Below are positions 1 to 7,406 of a DNA stretch of 18,068 bases, one piece after another (positions within the stretch are counted from its first letter, which is position 1; every line of letters begins with the position of its first letter). Made by a program: the position numbers and the translations under genes. The DNA lies in contig JAYODI010000005.1 in NCBI GenBank assembly GCA_038279365.1, positions 80,289 through 98,356 on the forward strand, given 5' to 3'. The notes below the pieces were generated by a model. The model ran no database searches. It saw only the letters and a program-made list of their open reading frames with translations, and was not told where the DNA came from. Source of the DNA: Candidatus Latescibacterota bacterium. GTDB taxonomy: Bacteria; Latescibacterota; UBA2968.

Positions 1-852
1 TGGCACATTGACCTTTTTACCCGTCACACCACGCGCCGTCAACAAATCCTGCAAAACCGTATCAAACCCTTTGGCATGAATCGACAACCGATTCAATTTT
101 TGTTCCGCAATCAACTGCCCCAACACACCCACAATTGCAGACCGCTCACCAGCATAATCCAACACGGCCACACGCCCCTCATCCTTCTCAGTTGCCGTTT
201 GCACCACCACAAACGCTTGCTCGCTCTCACCACGCTTAACCAAAAAGGTGCGCGCAGGTTTGTTTTGCACCCAGCCATCAATCCCAAATACAATGTCTGA
301 AGGCGGGCGCATCCAACGCACGGGTTCGCGCCGATAAATGCCACCCAATACATCCACATCGGCTTCCGTCGCAAGCTGAATACTCAAATCCGCATCATCA
401 AAATCACTTGCCAATTCAGCATCTACGCCATACATCCAATCGCGTCCCACCGTACGACACCCATGCCGGTGATACATATTGCGATACCCCGAAACCATGA
501 TGTAATCCACACCATCCTCACGACACACCCGCATCGTATCTTGCAACAGGGCCCCCGCATGTCCACGCCCCCTGTGCGAAGCATACGTCGCCACCCCACC
601 CAAAGACGCCACCTTTGCCGTGCATCCCATAATGGACACATCTCTGCGAATCGTGCCAATGTGCGACACCACCTCACCGTCTGCTACAACCACACGCAAA
701 TTGCTCAAATTATCTTCATGAAAAGCATGGGGTTGGATCTTTGGCAAATCGGGAAAAAACACATCGCCAATCAATTTATTCAAACTGTCCATCTCACTGC
801 GCCGCACACTGCGTATCCCATCTTCCCACGAAGGCTCAATTTCTCTTGGCAT
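1..852 (-). CDS. Eis-like GNAT family N-acetyltransferase (partial; runs off the left edge)
   Basis: Not in the ORF track. Manual translation from ATG at 852 is open to position 1: MPREIEPSWEDGIRSVRRSEMDSLDKLIGDVFF...VVSHIGTIRRDVSIMGCTAKVASLGGVATYASHRGRGHAGALL...YHRHG. It has GNAT motif A (GGVAT..HRGRG.A..LL) in the Eis/Acetyltransf_9 style and continues beyond 280 aa. SD-like AAAGGA lies in the end of the upstream gene. Confidence 0.85.
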   Translation of the reverse strand, partial: MPREIEPSWEDGIRSVRRSEMDSLNKLIGDVFFPDLPKIQPHAFHEDNLSNLRVVVADGEVVSHIGTIRRDVSIMGCTAKVASLGGVATYASHRGRGHAGALLQDTMRVCREDGVDYIMVSGYRNMYHRHGCRTVGRDWMYGVDAELASDFDDADLSIQLATEADVDVLGGIYRREPVRWMRPPSDIVFGIDGWVQNKPARTFLVKRGESEQAFVVVQTATEKDEGRVAVLDYAGERSAIVGVLGQLIAEQKLNRLSIHAKGFDTVLQDLLTARGVTGKKVNVP

Positions 853-861
853 AATATTTCA

Positions 862-1905
862 TCATCCTTTCATCAAACAGGTGTCAAACACATCCAAACA
901 CTTTCGCCCACTAAATTCATGCCCACCCGCAAAACGGTCTTTCACCAACACATCACGCGCATTGGCGGCTTTATAAATTCTGGCCAAATGTCGAAACGCG
1001 CGCTCGGCATCATCAATCTGAAATCCGCGATCTTCTTCACCCATTTCAGCCACCAATGGGCGCGGTGCAATCAACCCCGCCACATCGGCAATATCTCCCA
1101 AGGTCAACAACCCAGGCATAAACTGCGCACCACAAAAATTGGCACGCCCCGGCATCGCCCCGTTTCGAATGGTACTGATATAGCCACTCACACACGCACA
1201 TTTAATACGTTTATCCAATGCGGCCAAATAAGTCGTCATCGTCCCACCAAAAGAAACACCCACACACCCCAATCGGGTGCCATCTACTTCTTCGCGCGAC
1301 TGCAAATAATCCAACGTACGCAGCCCATCCCAAATTTGAAGCGCTAAAAATTCATGGCCACGATACCCTTCCGCCATATAGTTCACATTGCATTTATCGC
1401 GCGTCTTACGCACCCAATCTTCTGGACTCATGCGCTCACCAAATCCACGCCAATCGGGTGCCACCACCACATACCCACGCTTCACAAATTGTACGGCCAA
1501 TTGTTTTTGATACTCTTCATGAGGCTTTTCATCCCCATCCAACCCCACCAACGGATTCTTTCCAATGCCATGCCCGTGTGCCGCCAAAATACCGGGTCGT
1601 TTTTCTCCTTTTTCCAAACCCTTTGGCACCAACACATAGGCCGGCACACTCGCAAAAGCTTCGGTGTCATAAATCACCTTCTCACGCACGTAGTCGCCCA
1701 TATCTTCACGTTGTAAAACTTCGGCATGCAAAGGCACGGGCTTGGGCATCTCACCCAAAAGCTTCACCAACTGCGCACGAAATCGACGACGCCAACTGCG
1801 CCAATCGGCCTCGGTTTTGCCATCAAATGCCAACGTGGGTTTGGTCGCCTTCATCCATCCGTTAATTGAATCATACGGTGACAAATATCGTGTCCGTTTT
1901 GCCAT
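862..1905 (-). CDS. Alpha/beta-hydrolase (dienelactone hydrolase / acetyl-xylan-esterase-like)
   Basis: HGHG oxyanion region, nucleophile elbow GVSFGG, candidate acid (EEDRGF) and His (GGHEF), PRPL motif. SD GAGGGTG before ATG. Confidence 0.85.
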   Translation of the reverse strand: MAKRTRYLSPYDSINGWMKATKPTLAFDGKTEADWRSWRRRFRAQLVKLLGEMPKPVPLHAEVLQREDMGDYVREKVIYDTEAFASVPAYVLVPKGLEKGEKRPGILAAHGHGIGKNPLVGLDGDEKPHEEYQKQLAVQFVKRGYVVVAPDWRGFGERMSPEDWVRKTRDKCNVNYMAEGYRGHEFLALQIWDGLRTLDYLQSREEVDGTRLGCVGVSFGGTMTTYLAALDKRIKCACVSGYISTIRNGAMPGRANFCGAQFMPGLLTLGDIADVAGLIAPRPLVAEMGEEDRGFQIDDAERAFRHLARIYKAANARDVLVKDRFAGGHEFSGRKCLDVFDTCLMKG

Positions 1906-1920
1906 ATCACCCTCGCAAAC

Positions 1921-3333
1921 TTAAAAAAGACCCACTTCCCATAACAAACATGCCACAGCAAATGAAATATAAACAACAGCAGAAATCGCAGTAAAAATCG
2001 TGCACGCTTTGCCAGGGCGAACCGACTTGGGCAAATATTTATGATTCATATACAATGTCAATGGCACATACAACGCCATCGCAAACCCGCCCATATAAGC
2101 GGCGTTAAACAAAAAACCAAGCTCAGACACACCCACATTTTCCATCACAAAAGTAATCACAATCCCCACGATCATCCACACTGCCGCCACCAACAAATAC
2201 CACCAACTCAACTCGCGTTTTTTAGCCCCCTTAAAATTGGTATACACAATATCGGCCACCGAGCGCGACACCCCATCCACCAGAGCCAACTGCGTTGAAA
2301 ACAATGTTGCCAATCCCACAAGCAAAAACACATTGCGCCCAGTGCTGCCCCACACCTCACCCAAAATAGCCGCTTCATCCCAAATCAAACTGCCTGCCCC
2401 AGGCACAATACCACGCGGGTGCAACACCGCCAAAGCACCAAAAATGAACAACAAAATCGTCACCGAATTGGTAAACCAAAAAAACAAAACCTGATCTTGC
2501 TTAATGTACTTCCACCAAGACTGAAACCGATTGATATTTTCTTCTGTTTCCTCAAAAACAAAACCCGTTGCAGGTGTGGCTTCCGACCTGCCCCACAATG
2601 GGTTTTGCATCATCGGCACCCGCGCGCCCATACCAATTTGTTTGTCGCGCAAATAAAAGGTCAAAAACAAATTGGCCGTGCCACCTGCACCCGCAAATAC
2701 AATGGCAATAAACAAAGCCTTAACCGACAAATTGGGATCGCGATACCCAATATTAATCACCCCAGCACCCAACTCTTTCCACGTTTCAACAGACCCCACC
2801 GCCAATGCCACCGATATCAACCCAACCGTCACAATCACCACCATCAACTCAATGGTTTTCTCCATCGACTTATACACCAACTTGGGGCCAAACAACACCA
2901 ATGCCACTCCTGCAAACGTGACAATCGTCCAAAACGTATCCGAGCCCCACCCTTCTGGCCCCACCAACAAAGCCTTAAGTGCCAAACCCGATGCACGCCC
3001 CCACCCCGGTGCAATCCATCCCATAATTGTGAGCAAAATAAACAACGGTGCAAAGCCTTGCCAAATACGTGCATACCCTGTATACACCGTTTCACCTGTG
3101 GCAACTGTCCAACGCGCCACTTCCAAATTAACCCACAACTGCATAAAAATGCCCAAACCCGCCGCCCAAATCATACCCGCACCATATTCCGCCACAATGC
3201 GCGGCCACACAATAATTTCACCGGCCCCAATCGACAACCCCACCAAAATGGCTCCCGGCCCAGCCATCTTCCAAAATGGCAATGTGCGCTTGGGCATCTC
3301 TTGTATCTTAAAATCATCTAACTTCTCAAACAT
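1921..3333 (-). CDS. NRAMP-like (APC-superfamily) secondary transporter, probably not a canonical MntH
   Basis: About 11 hydrophobic segments. The N-terminal GPGAILVGLSIGAGEIIVWP, R.T..TGE and LFSTQL motifs are typical of NRAMP-like proteins. Start moved from 3393 to ATG 3333 (MFEKL) because GGAGG lies 9 nt upstream; 3339 is an alternative. Confidence 0.75.
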   Translation of the reverse strand: MFEKLDDFKIQEMPKRTLPFWKMAGPGAILVGLSIGAGEIIVWPRIVAEYGAGMIWAAGLGIFMQLWVNLEVARWTVATGETVYTGYARIWQGFAPLFILLTIMGWIAPGWGRASGLALKALLVGPEGWGSDTFWTIVTFAGVALVLFGPKLVYKSMEKTIELMVVIVTVGLISVALAVGSVETWKELGAGVINIGYRDPNLSVKALFIAIVFAGAGGTANLFLTFYLRDKQIGMGARVPMMQNPLWGRSEATPATGFVFEETEENINRFQSWWKYIKQDQVLFFWFTNSVTILLFIFGALAVLHPRGIVPGAGSLIWDEAAILGEVWGSTGRNVFLLVGLATLFSTQLALVDGVSRSVADIVYTNFKGAKKRELSWWYLLVAAVWMIVGIVITFVMENVGVSELGFLFNAAYMGGFAMALYVPLTLYMNHKYLPKSVRPGKACTIFTAISAVVYISFAVACLLWEVGLF

Positions 3334-3379
3334 GCGCATCTCCCTCCCAGAGTTTCTCATGTTTTTGATTGTTACCCAT

Positions 3380-3415
3380 AAAAAATGGCACACCTTTTAT
3401 CCCAAGGCCTGCCAT
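3380..3415 (-). terminator. Intrinsic terminator-like hairpin upstream of the transporter
   Basis: Minus strand reads ATGGCAGGCCTT-GGGATAA-AAGGTGTGCCAT followed by TTTTT (stem with one mismatch and one G-U pair). Confidence 0.6.
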
Positions 3416-3515
3416 CTTTATGTCTTATCTCTAACCCTCGGGCGTGTGCCGCTAAATAACGCCCGAAAAGGTGTAAAGTCAAGCATGTATCTCTATTTTT
3501 AAAAAGCCGTTCGCG

Positions 3516-4643
3516 CTACTTCACATCCAATATTTTGCTTACATGTCGCGACAAAGACAAATAGGTCGTCAGCTTCCCACCAAAAACATTGAGCAAACGG
3601 GTCTCTCCCTGTATATGCAAATCCAATTCATATTCGCGCGACAAATCTGTCGGATCTTCCTTATTGGCCACCAAAGGACGCACCCCCACACTGGCATCCA
3701 TCACATCTTCACGTCGAATCTGTCGATCTGGTTTCAAATAGGCATTCACTTCCCGAAGCAAATAATCTACATCTTCATCATGCACCCGCACATCATCAAT
3801 CTCCACACCTTCTTCACGCTCGGTCGTGCCAATCATCGTCTGTCCATTTTCTGGCTCGGGAATAATAAAAAAAATGCGCTTGCCATGCGCTTGCAAAAAC
3901 ATCGGTTCGGGCGTCAGTAACCCATCAATGAAAATATGAATACCACTAATTTTCCGAATCTGAAACCGCGCAGGCAACCGATACCGCGCGACCACCTCAT
4001 CAATCCAAGGCCCCGTTGCATTCACCAACTGTTTTGTGCAATAAACGTCATCCCCCACCTGCACCTCAAAACAATGATCCAATCTCCGAATATCTGCCAC
4101 ATCTACATTTTCGTGAAACACACACCCCAACGCCCGTGCATCTTCTGCCACCCGACGCGTCAGTGCCCAATCGTTTGTTTTGCCATCATAATATTTCAGC
4201 ACCTTTGCAATGCCATCTTGTTTCAATGCGCCAAATTCTGTCTCAAACACCGCGCGTTTTACAAATCCCGAGCGATACTTATTTTGCCACCCCGCCAACA
4301 CATCATACAACTTCACCCCCAACCACACCACCCTGGCAGGTCGTGGGCTGTTTTTATAATTGGGAAAAAAAAACGGCCGCATCCCCACCAGCTGGGGATA
4401 CCGCCGTAAAAGTTCCAACCGATCTTGAAGCGCTTCACGCACCAAAGCAAACCGCATCGTCTCCAAATACCGCAACCCACCATGAATCAACCGCGACGAC
4501 TTGGAAGACGTGCCCCCACCAATCACACCCTTATCCAACACAAGCACACGTCGCCCCTGCTCAGATAAGGATAACGCAATCCCACACCCATTAATCCCCG
4601 CTCCTAACACAATCACATCATATGTCAAATCACGATCACCCAT
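3516..4643 (-). CDS. glpD: FAD-dependent glycerol-3-phosphate dehydrogenase/oxidase family protein (short, 375 aa)
   Basis: GAGING FAD-binding motif plus GTSSKSSRLIHGGLRYLE, VNATGPW, IGTT, GVRPL and GGKLTTY, which are GlpD signatures. SD-like AGGTG. The protein ends soon after GGKLTTY. Confidence 0.75.
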   Translation of the reverse strand: MGDRDLTYDVIVLGAGINGCGIALSLSEQGRRVLVLDKGVIGGGTSSKSSRLIHGGLRYLETMRFALVREALQDRLELLRRYPQLVGMRPFFFPNYKNSPRPARVVWLGVKLYDVLAGWQNKYRSGFVKRAVFETEFGALKQDGIAKVLKYYDGKTNDWALTRRVAEDARALGCVFHENVDVADIRRLDHCFEVQVGDDVYCTKQLVNATGPWIDEVVARYRLPARFQIRKISGIHIFIDGLLTPEPMFLQAHGKRIFFIIPEPENGQTMIGTTEREEGVEIDDVRVHDEDVDYLLREVNAYLKPDRQIRREDVMDASVGVRPLVANKEDPTDLSREYELDLHIQGETRLLNVFGGKLTTYLSLSRHVSKILDVK

Positions 4644-4654
4644 GCCACCAACAC

Positions 4655-5923
4655 CTATTGCAAAAACGCCGGTACAACCTCATTCACCAAAATCTGATCC
4701 AATGTCTGGCGTTTGCGCACCAAATGAGCATTTCCATCTCGATCAATCAACACCTCTGCTGCCTCAGGAAACGAATTGTAATTCTTAGATGCCATCCCCG
4801 CGCAATACGCACCCGCGCCACCGATCACCACGGCATCGCCCACTTTGGCTTCCGTCAATTCTCGTGGCAACAGCCCTTCTGGATCATTCGGCGCAGGTGT
4901 CAACACATCGCCACTTTCGCAACAATGCCCCACCACCAAATACTCACCGGCACCACGTTTTTCTTCTTCGGCTGGCACCACCACAATCGGGTGCTGTGCG
5001 CCATACATACTCGGGCGCACCGTCTCTGTCATCCCACTGTCAATCTTAATAAACCGATAGCCATCCTTACCAGTATCCACAATATCCATTGCCGTGGTCA
5101 CAATGGCACCTGCATTGGCCACCAAATACGTGCCGGGCTCCACCTCCAAGCGCAATTTTCGTCCAGACTTACCCTCCGTCATTTGAAATGCCTCAACCAC
5201 ATGAGATCCAATCACCTGCAAATCCGTTGACACTTCCCCTTTCATCCGGCCCACCTTATATCCCCCACCCAAACTCAATGTTTGTGCATCGGGAAAGCCC
5301 ACACAAATCTCCAAAGACATCAAGGCCACGCGCTCCCACACCTCGGGGTCACTTCCAGACCCAATATGCGTATGCATCGCCGTCACCTTTAAATTGTAAT
5401 CTTTACAAATTTCATGCACCGTATCAATATGCTCATGCCAAATCCCAAAACTGGCCGCAGGCCCACCCACATTGGTGCGGTTGCTATGCCCAGACCCGGC
5501 CCCCGGATTAATTCTCACAGACAGCGAATGCCCCGGAAAAAGTTCACCAAATGCACGCAATTGATTTAATGAACACGCATTAAAAATAACACCCTTTTCC
5601 ACCAATTCTTTCAAATTATCGGGAGGTTGTTGTGCAGTAAGTTGAATGTGATTGGCGGGCACACCTGCGCGCATGGCACGCTCGGCTTCATACGCACTGC
5701 TGGCATCAATATGCAAACCCCGCTGTGTCAAAATCCGAATCACCGCCGCATTGGGCAACGCCTTCATCGCATAACGTGCGGTCAAACCAAATGCATTGGG
5801 GAAATTTAAAACCGAATCAGCTTGTTTCTCCAAGGTTTTTTGATCATACACATAAACAGGAGAACCAAACTCACGCCGAATCTCACGAACTTGCTCTGCA
5901 CTTAAAAATGACAACTGTTCCAT
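4655..5923 (-). CDS. lysA: Diaminopimelate decarboxylase
   Basis: PLP-lysine motif YAMKA, RINPG, HTHIGS, LGGG, EPG, RPSMYGA, CCESGD and GAY. Start moved to ATG 5923 (MEQLSF) after SD GAGGTG. Confidence 0.9.
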   Translation of the reverse strand: MEQLSFLSAEQVREIRREFGSPVYVYDQKTLEKQADSVLNFPNAFGLTARYAMKALPNAAVIRILTQRGLHIDASSAYEAERAMRAGVPANHIQLTAQQPPDNLKELVEKGVIFNACSLNQLRAFGELFPGHSLSVRINPGAGSGHSNRTNVGGPAASFGIWHEHIDTVHEICKDYNLKVTAMHTHIGSGSDPEVWERVALMSLEICVGFPDAQTLSLGGGYKVGRMKGEVSTDLQVIGSHVVEAFQMTEGKSGRKLRLEVEPGTYLVANAGAIVTTAMDIVDTGKDGYRFIKIDSGMTETVRPSMYGAQHPIVVVPAEEEKRGAGEYLVVGHCCESGDVLTPAPNDPEGLLPRELTEAKVGDAVVIGGAGAYCAGMASKNYNSFPEAAEVLIDRDGNAHLVRKRQTLDQILVNEVVPAFLQ

Positions 5924-5943
5924 CTTCACCTCATGATCTTTGC

Positions 5944-5972
5944 TTGACATATGAAAACAGAAAAGGAATATT
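5944..5972 (+). promoter_or_regulatory. Possible sigma70 promoter for the cNMP-binding protein gene
   Basis: Perfect -35 TTGACA, 17-nt spacer, weak -10 AATATT. Confidence 0.4.
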
Positions 5973-5990
5973 AAAAGCAACAGCCCTTTT

Positions 5991-6018
5991 TAATTTCTAA
6001 TTTCTAACTTCTAATTCT
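5991..6018 (+). repeat. Heptamer tandem repeat (TAATTTC)x~4
   Basis: TAATTTC TAATTTC TAACTTC TAATTCT, ending 2 nt before ATG 6021. Confidence 0.75.
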
Positions 6019-6020
6019 CT

Positions 6021-6530
6021 ATGAACGCGGCACTCTCACAATTTGTACAGGTCGTCAAACGCATCCCTCTCTTTGAAAGCCTCCAAACAGAACACGTCGT
6101 GGCTTTGCTAAAGGTATGTGATCGATGCAAGCTCGAACCCCGCGAAACACTGTGCGTCTATGGCGACCCAAGCAAAGAAATGTACATCCTTCTCAATGGC
6201 GAACTTTCCGTACGCACAGCAGAAGGTGTTCAATTTGCCAAAATCAAACCCATTGCCCCTGTGGGTGAAATGGGTATCTTCACCGGAGAGCCACGCTCAG
6301 CCACCGTCTTGGCCAGCGAAACGTCTTCATTGCTCGTTTTAAGCAAAGCAAAACTCGACATGTTCATGCGACGCAACCCCCCCATTGAAATTGCCATATC
6401 TCGCAGTCTCATAACCACCCTCTCCCAACGTCTGCGCACAGCCAACCAAGAAATTTCCCACCTACAACATCTCATTGCCGACCAAGGGGCCAAACCCGAA
6501 GATGTTTTGGATGACGCCTCTGAAACATAA
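6021..6530 (+). CDS. Stand-alone cyclic-nucleotide-binding domain protein (no HTH)
   Basis: IPLFESL, GDPSKEMYILLNG and phosphate-binding cassette GEMGIFTGEPRSATV. The C-helix LSQRLR is followed by a short coiled/acidic tail rather than a CRP HTH. Confidence 0.85.
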   Translation: MNAALSQFVQVVKRIPLFESLQTEHVVALLKVCDRCKLEPRETLCVYGDPSKEMYILLNGELSVRTAEGVQFAKIKPIAPVGEMGIFTGEPRSATVLASETSSLLVLSKAKLDMFMRRNPPIEIAISRSLITTLSQRLRTANQEISHLQHLIADQGAKPEDVLDDASET

Positions 6531-6554
6531 AAAAAGAGGCTCCCATTGGGAACC
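6529..6554 (-). terminator. Intrinsic terminator downstream of tRNA-Leu (convergent with the cNMP gene)
   Basis: Minus strand GGTTCCC-AAT-GGGAGCC then TCTTTTTTT. Confidence 0.65.
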
Positions 6555-6574
6555 GCCACCATTTTACAAAATTT

Positions 6575-6661
6575 TGGTGCGGACGGGGGGACTCGAACCC
6601 CCACAGGCGCAAGCCCACTAGATCCTAAGTCTAGCGTGTCTACCAATTTCACCACGTCCGC
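6575..6661 (-). tRNA. tRNA-Leu (anticodon TAG)
   Basis: GCGGACGTGGTGAAATTGGTAGACACGCTAGACTTAGGATCTAGTGGGCTTGCGCCTGTGGGGGTTCGAGTCCCCCCGTCCGCACCA: acceptor stem GCGGACG/CGTCCGC, anticodon loop CTTAGGA, long variable arm, GTTCGA T-loop, encoded CCA. Confidence 0.97.
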
Positions 6662-6680
6662 ACACATCAGATAAGCTCTA

Positions 6681-6709
6681 AAAGTAAACCTTTGTGCCAC
6701 ACACCGCAA
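6681..6709 (-). promoter_or_regulatory. Probable sigma70 promoter of tRNA-Leu
   Basis: TTGCGG-N17-TACTTT about 20 nt upstream of the mature tRNA 5' end and just downstream of a terminator. Confidence 0.5.
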
Positions 6710-6724
6710 GCAAAAATCATGACT

Positions 6725-6767
6725 AAAAAAACAAAAGGCGCCGACACATAAAATGGTCGACGCCTTT
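6725..6767 (-). terminator. Intrinsic terminator after the 77-aa ORF
   Basis: Minus strand AAAGGCGTCGAC-CATTTTATGT-GTCGGCGCCTTT then TGTTTTTTT. The G-U pair is valid only on the minus strand. Confidence 0.75.
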
Positions 6768-6791
6768 ATTAACTTCATTTAAAGTATGTAT

Positions 6792-7025
6792 TTATATTTG
6801 ATTGTCCATTACAAGTTCCAAGCCCACATCGTTCAATGCTGTAGGGCGAATATGTCGTTTTTTCAATTGTTGGGTCAACTCGTGCAAATAACCCCGAATT
6901 CTTGGATCGGTATGCACTTTTTTCTGGAGTTTCCAGTATAAAACAGCCAATTCTCTATCTTGTGCGCTCACTGGATGATTCTCCTGTTGAGGTTGTTGTT
7001 GCACTGTATTTTGAATTATCGGCAT
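6792..7025 (-). CDS. Hypothetical 77-aa protein (Gln-rich N-terminus, helical/basic core)
   Basis: ATG preceded by AAGGA (7036-7040). Followed by a terminator and preceded by a sigma54 promoter. No family recognised. Confidence 0.65.
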   Translation of the reverse strand: MPIIQNTVQQQPQQENHPVSAQDRELAVLYWKLQKKVHTDPRIRGYLHELTQQLKKRHIRPTALNDVGLELVMDNQI

Positions 7026-7039
7026 CTTCTAAATTTCCT

Positions 7040-7153
7040 TTAACGATTAATCTTCAACGCATCTACCCGATCCAAAATGGCAAGGCTGATAAACACCAAA
7101 AACGCCATACCAGCAATAATTCCCACCACCAACACAGACATGCTCAACACCAT
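7040..7153 (-). CDS. Unlisted 37-aa single-pass membrane microprotein (MVLSMSVLVVGIIAGMAFLVFISLAILDRVDALKINR)
   Basis: Manual translation. SD AAGGTGG at 7159-7165, an uncharged hydrophobic N-terminal stretch of about 27 residues, and a charged tail. The TAA stop overlaps the SD of the next ORF. Confidence 0.65.
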   Translation of the reverse strand: MVLSMSVLVVGIIAGMAFLVFISLAILDRVDALKINR

Positions 7154-7202
7154 AAATACCACCTTTTGTTATACCAATAAGGATGTGTCTCTTATGCCTA
7201 TC

Positions 7203-7217
7203 GCAACGTCCGTGCCA
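7203..7217 (-). promoter_or_regulatory. Sigma54 (RpoN) -24/-12 promoter
   Basis: Minus strand TGGCAC-GGACG-TTGC is an exact match to TGGCAC-N5-TTGC. It is intergenic, has an AT-rich upstream region, and predicts +1 near 7191. Confidence 0.8.
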
Positions 7218-7257
7218 TATTTTAAAAAAATCTCTAAACCCATTAAAAACAAATAAT

Positions 7258-7288
7258 AAAAAAAGGCCACACCAAAAGGTGTGACCTT
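7258..7288 (-). terminator. Intrinsic terminator downstream of the histidine kinase
   Basis: Minus strand AAGGTCACACC-TTTT-GGTGTGGCCTT then TTTTTATT. Confidence 0.7.
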
Positions 7289-7347
7289 AAAACCTGCAAA
7301 ATTACACTGCTTTGAGGAATTTTTTTCCGTTATAAAAATCCCTTTTA

Positions 7348-7376
7348 TTGACTTTTCGGAACCCGCGTCCTACGAT
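7348..7376 (+). promoter_or_regulatory. Near-consensus sigma70 promoter oriented antisense to the kinase gene
   Basis: TTGACT-N17-TACGAT with A/T tracts upstream (UP-element-like). Confidence 0.5.
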
Positions 7377-7406
7377 AAACGTTGGCAAAACACCCAATCA
7401 TACGTT

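Noticed and set aside
4365-4373. A9 run in glpD, and T7-T8 runs in the flippase, as phase-variation tracts
   Set aside because: They are short, encode Phe runs, and the reading frames are intact; no evidence of slippage without reads.
463-5511. Long plus-strand ORFs (e.g. 463-1347, 2419-3321, 2672-3502, 4622-5230)
   Set aside because: Antisense shadows of well-supported minus-strand genes. They are His/Pro/Thr/Gln-rich and motif-free, as expected from a C/A-rich strand with few stop codons.
6575-6661. tRNA as a possible integration site for an island
   Set aside because: No integrase, no duplicated tRNA 3' end seen, and no obvious compositional break.
6684-6699. TGGCAC upstream of the tRNA (also at 1-6 and 3386-3391) as sigma54 sites
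   Set aside because: None has TTGC at the required spacing.
6230-6778. 182-aa minus-strand ORF
   Set aside because: It runs through the tRNA and two terminators and is antisense to the cNMP gene.
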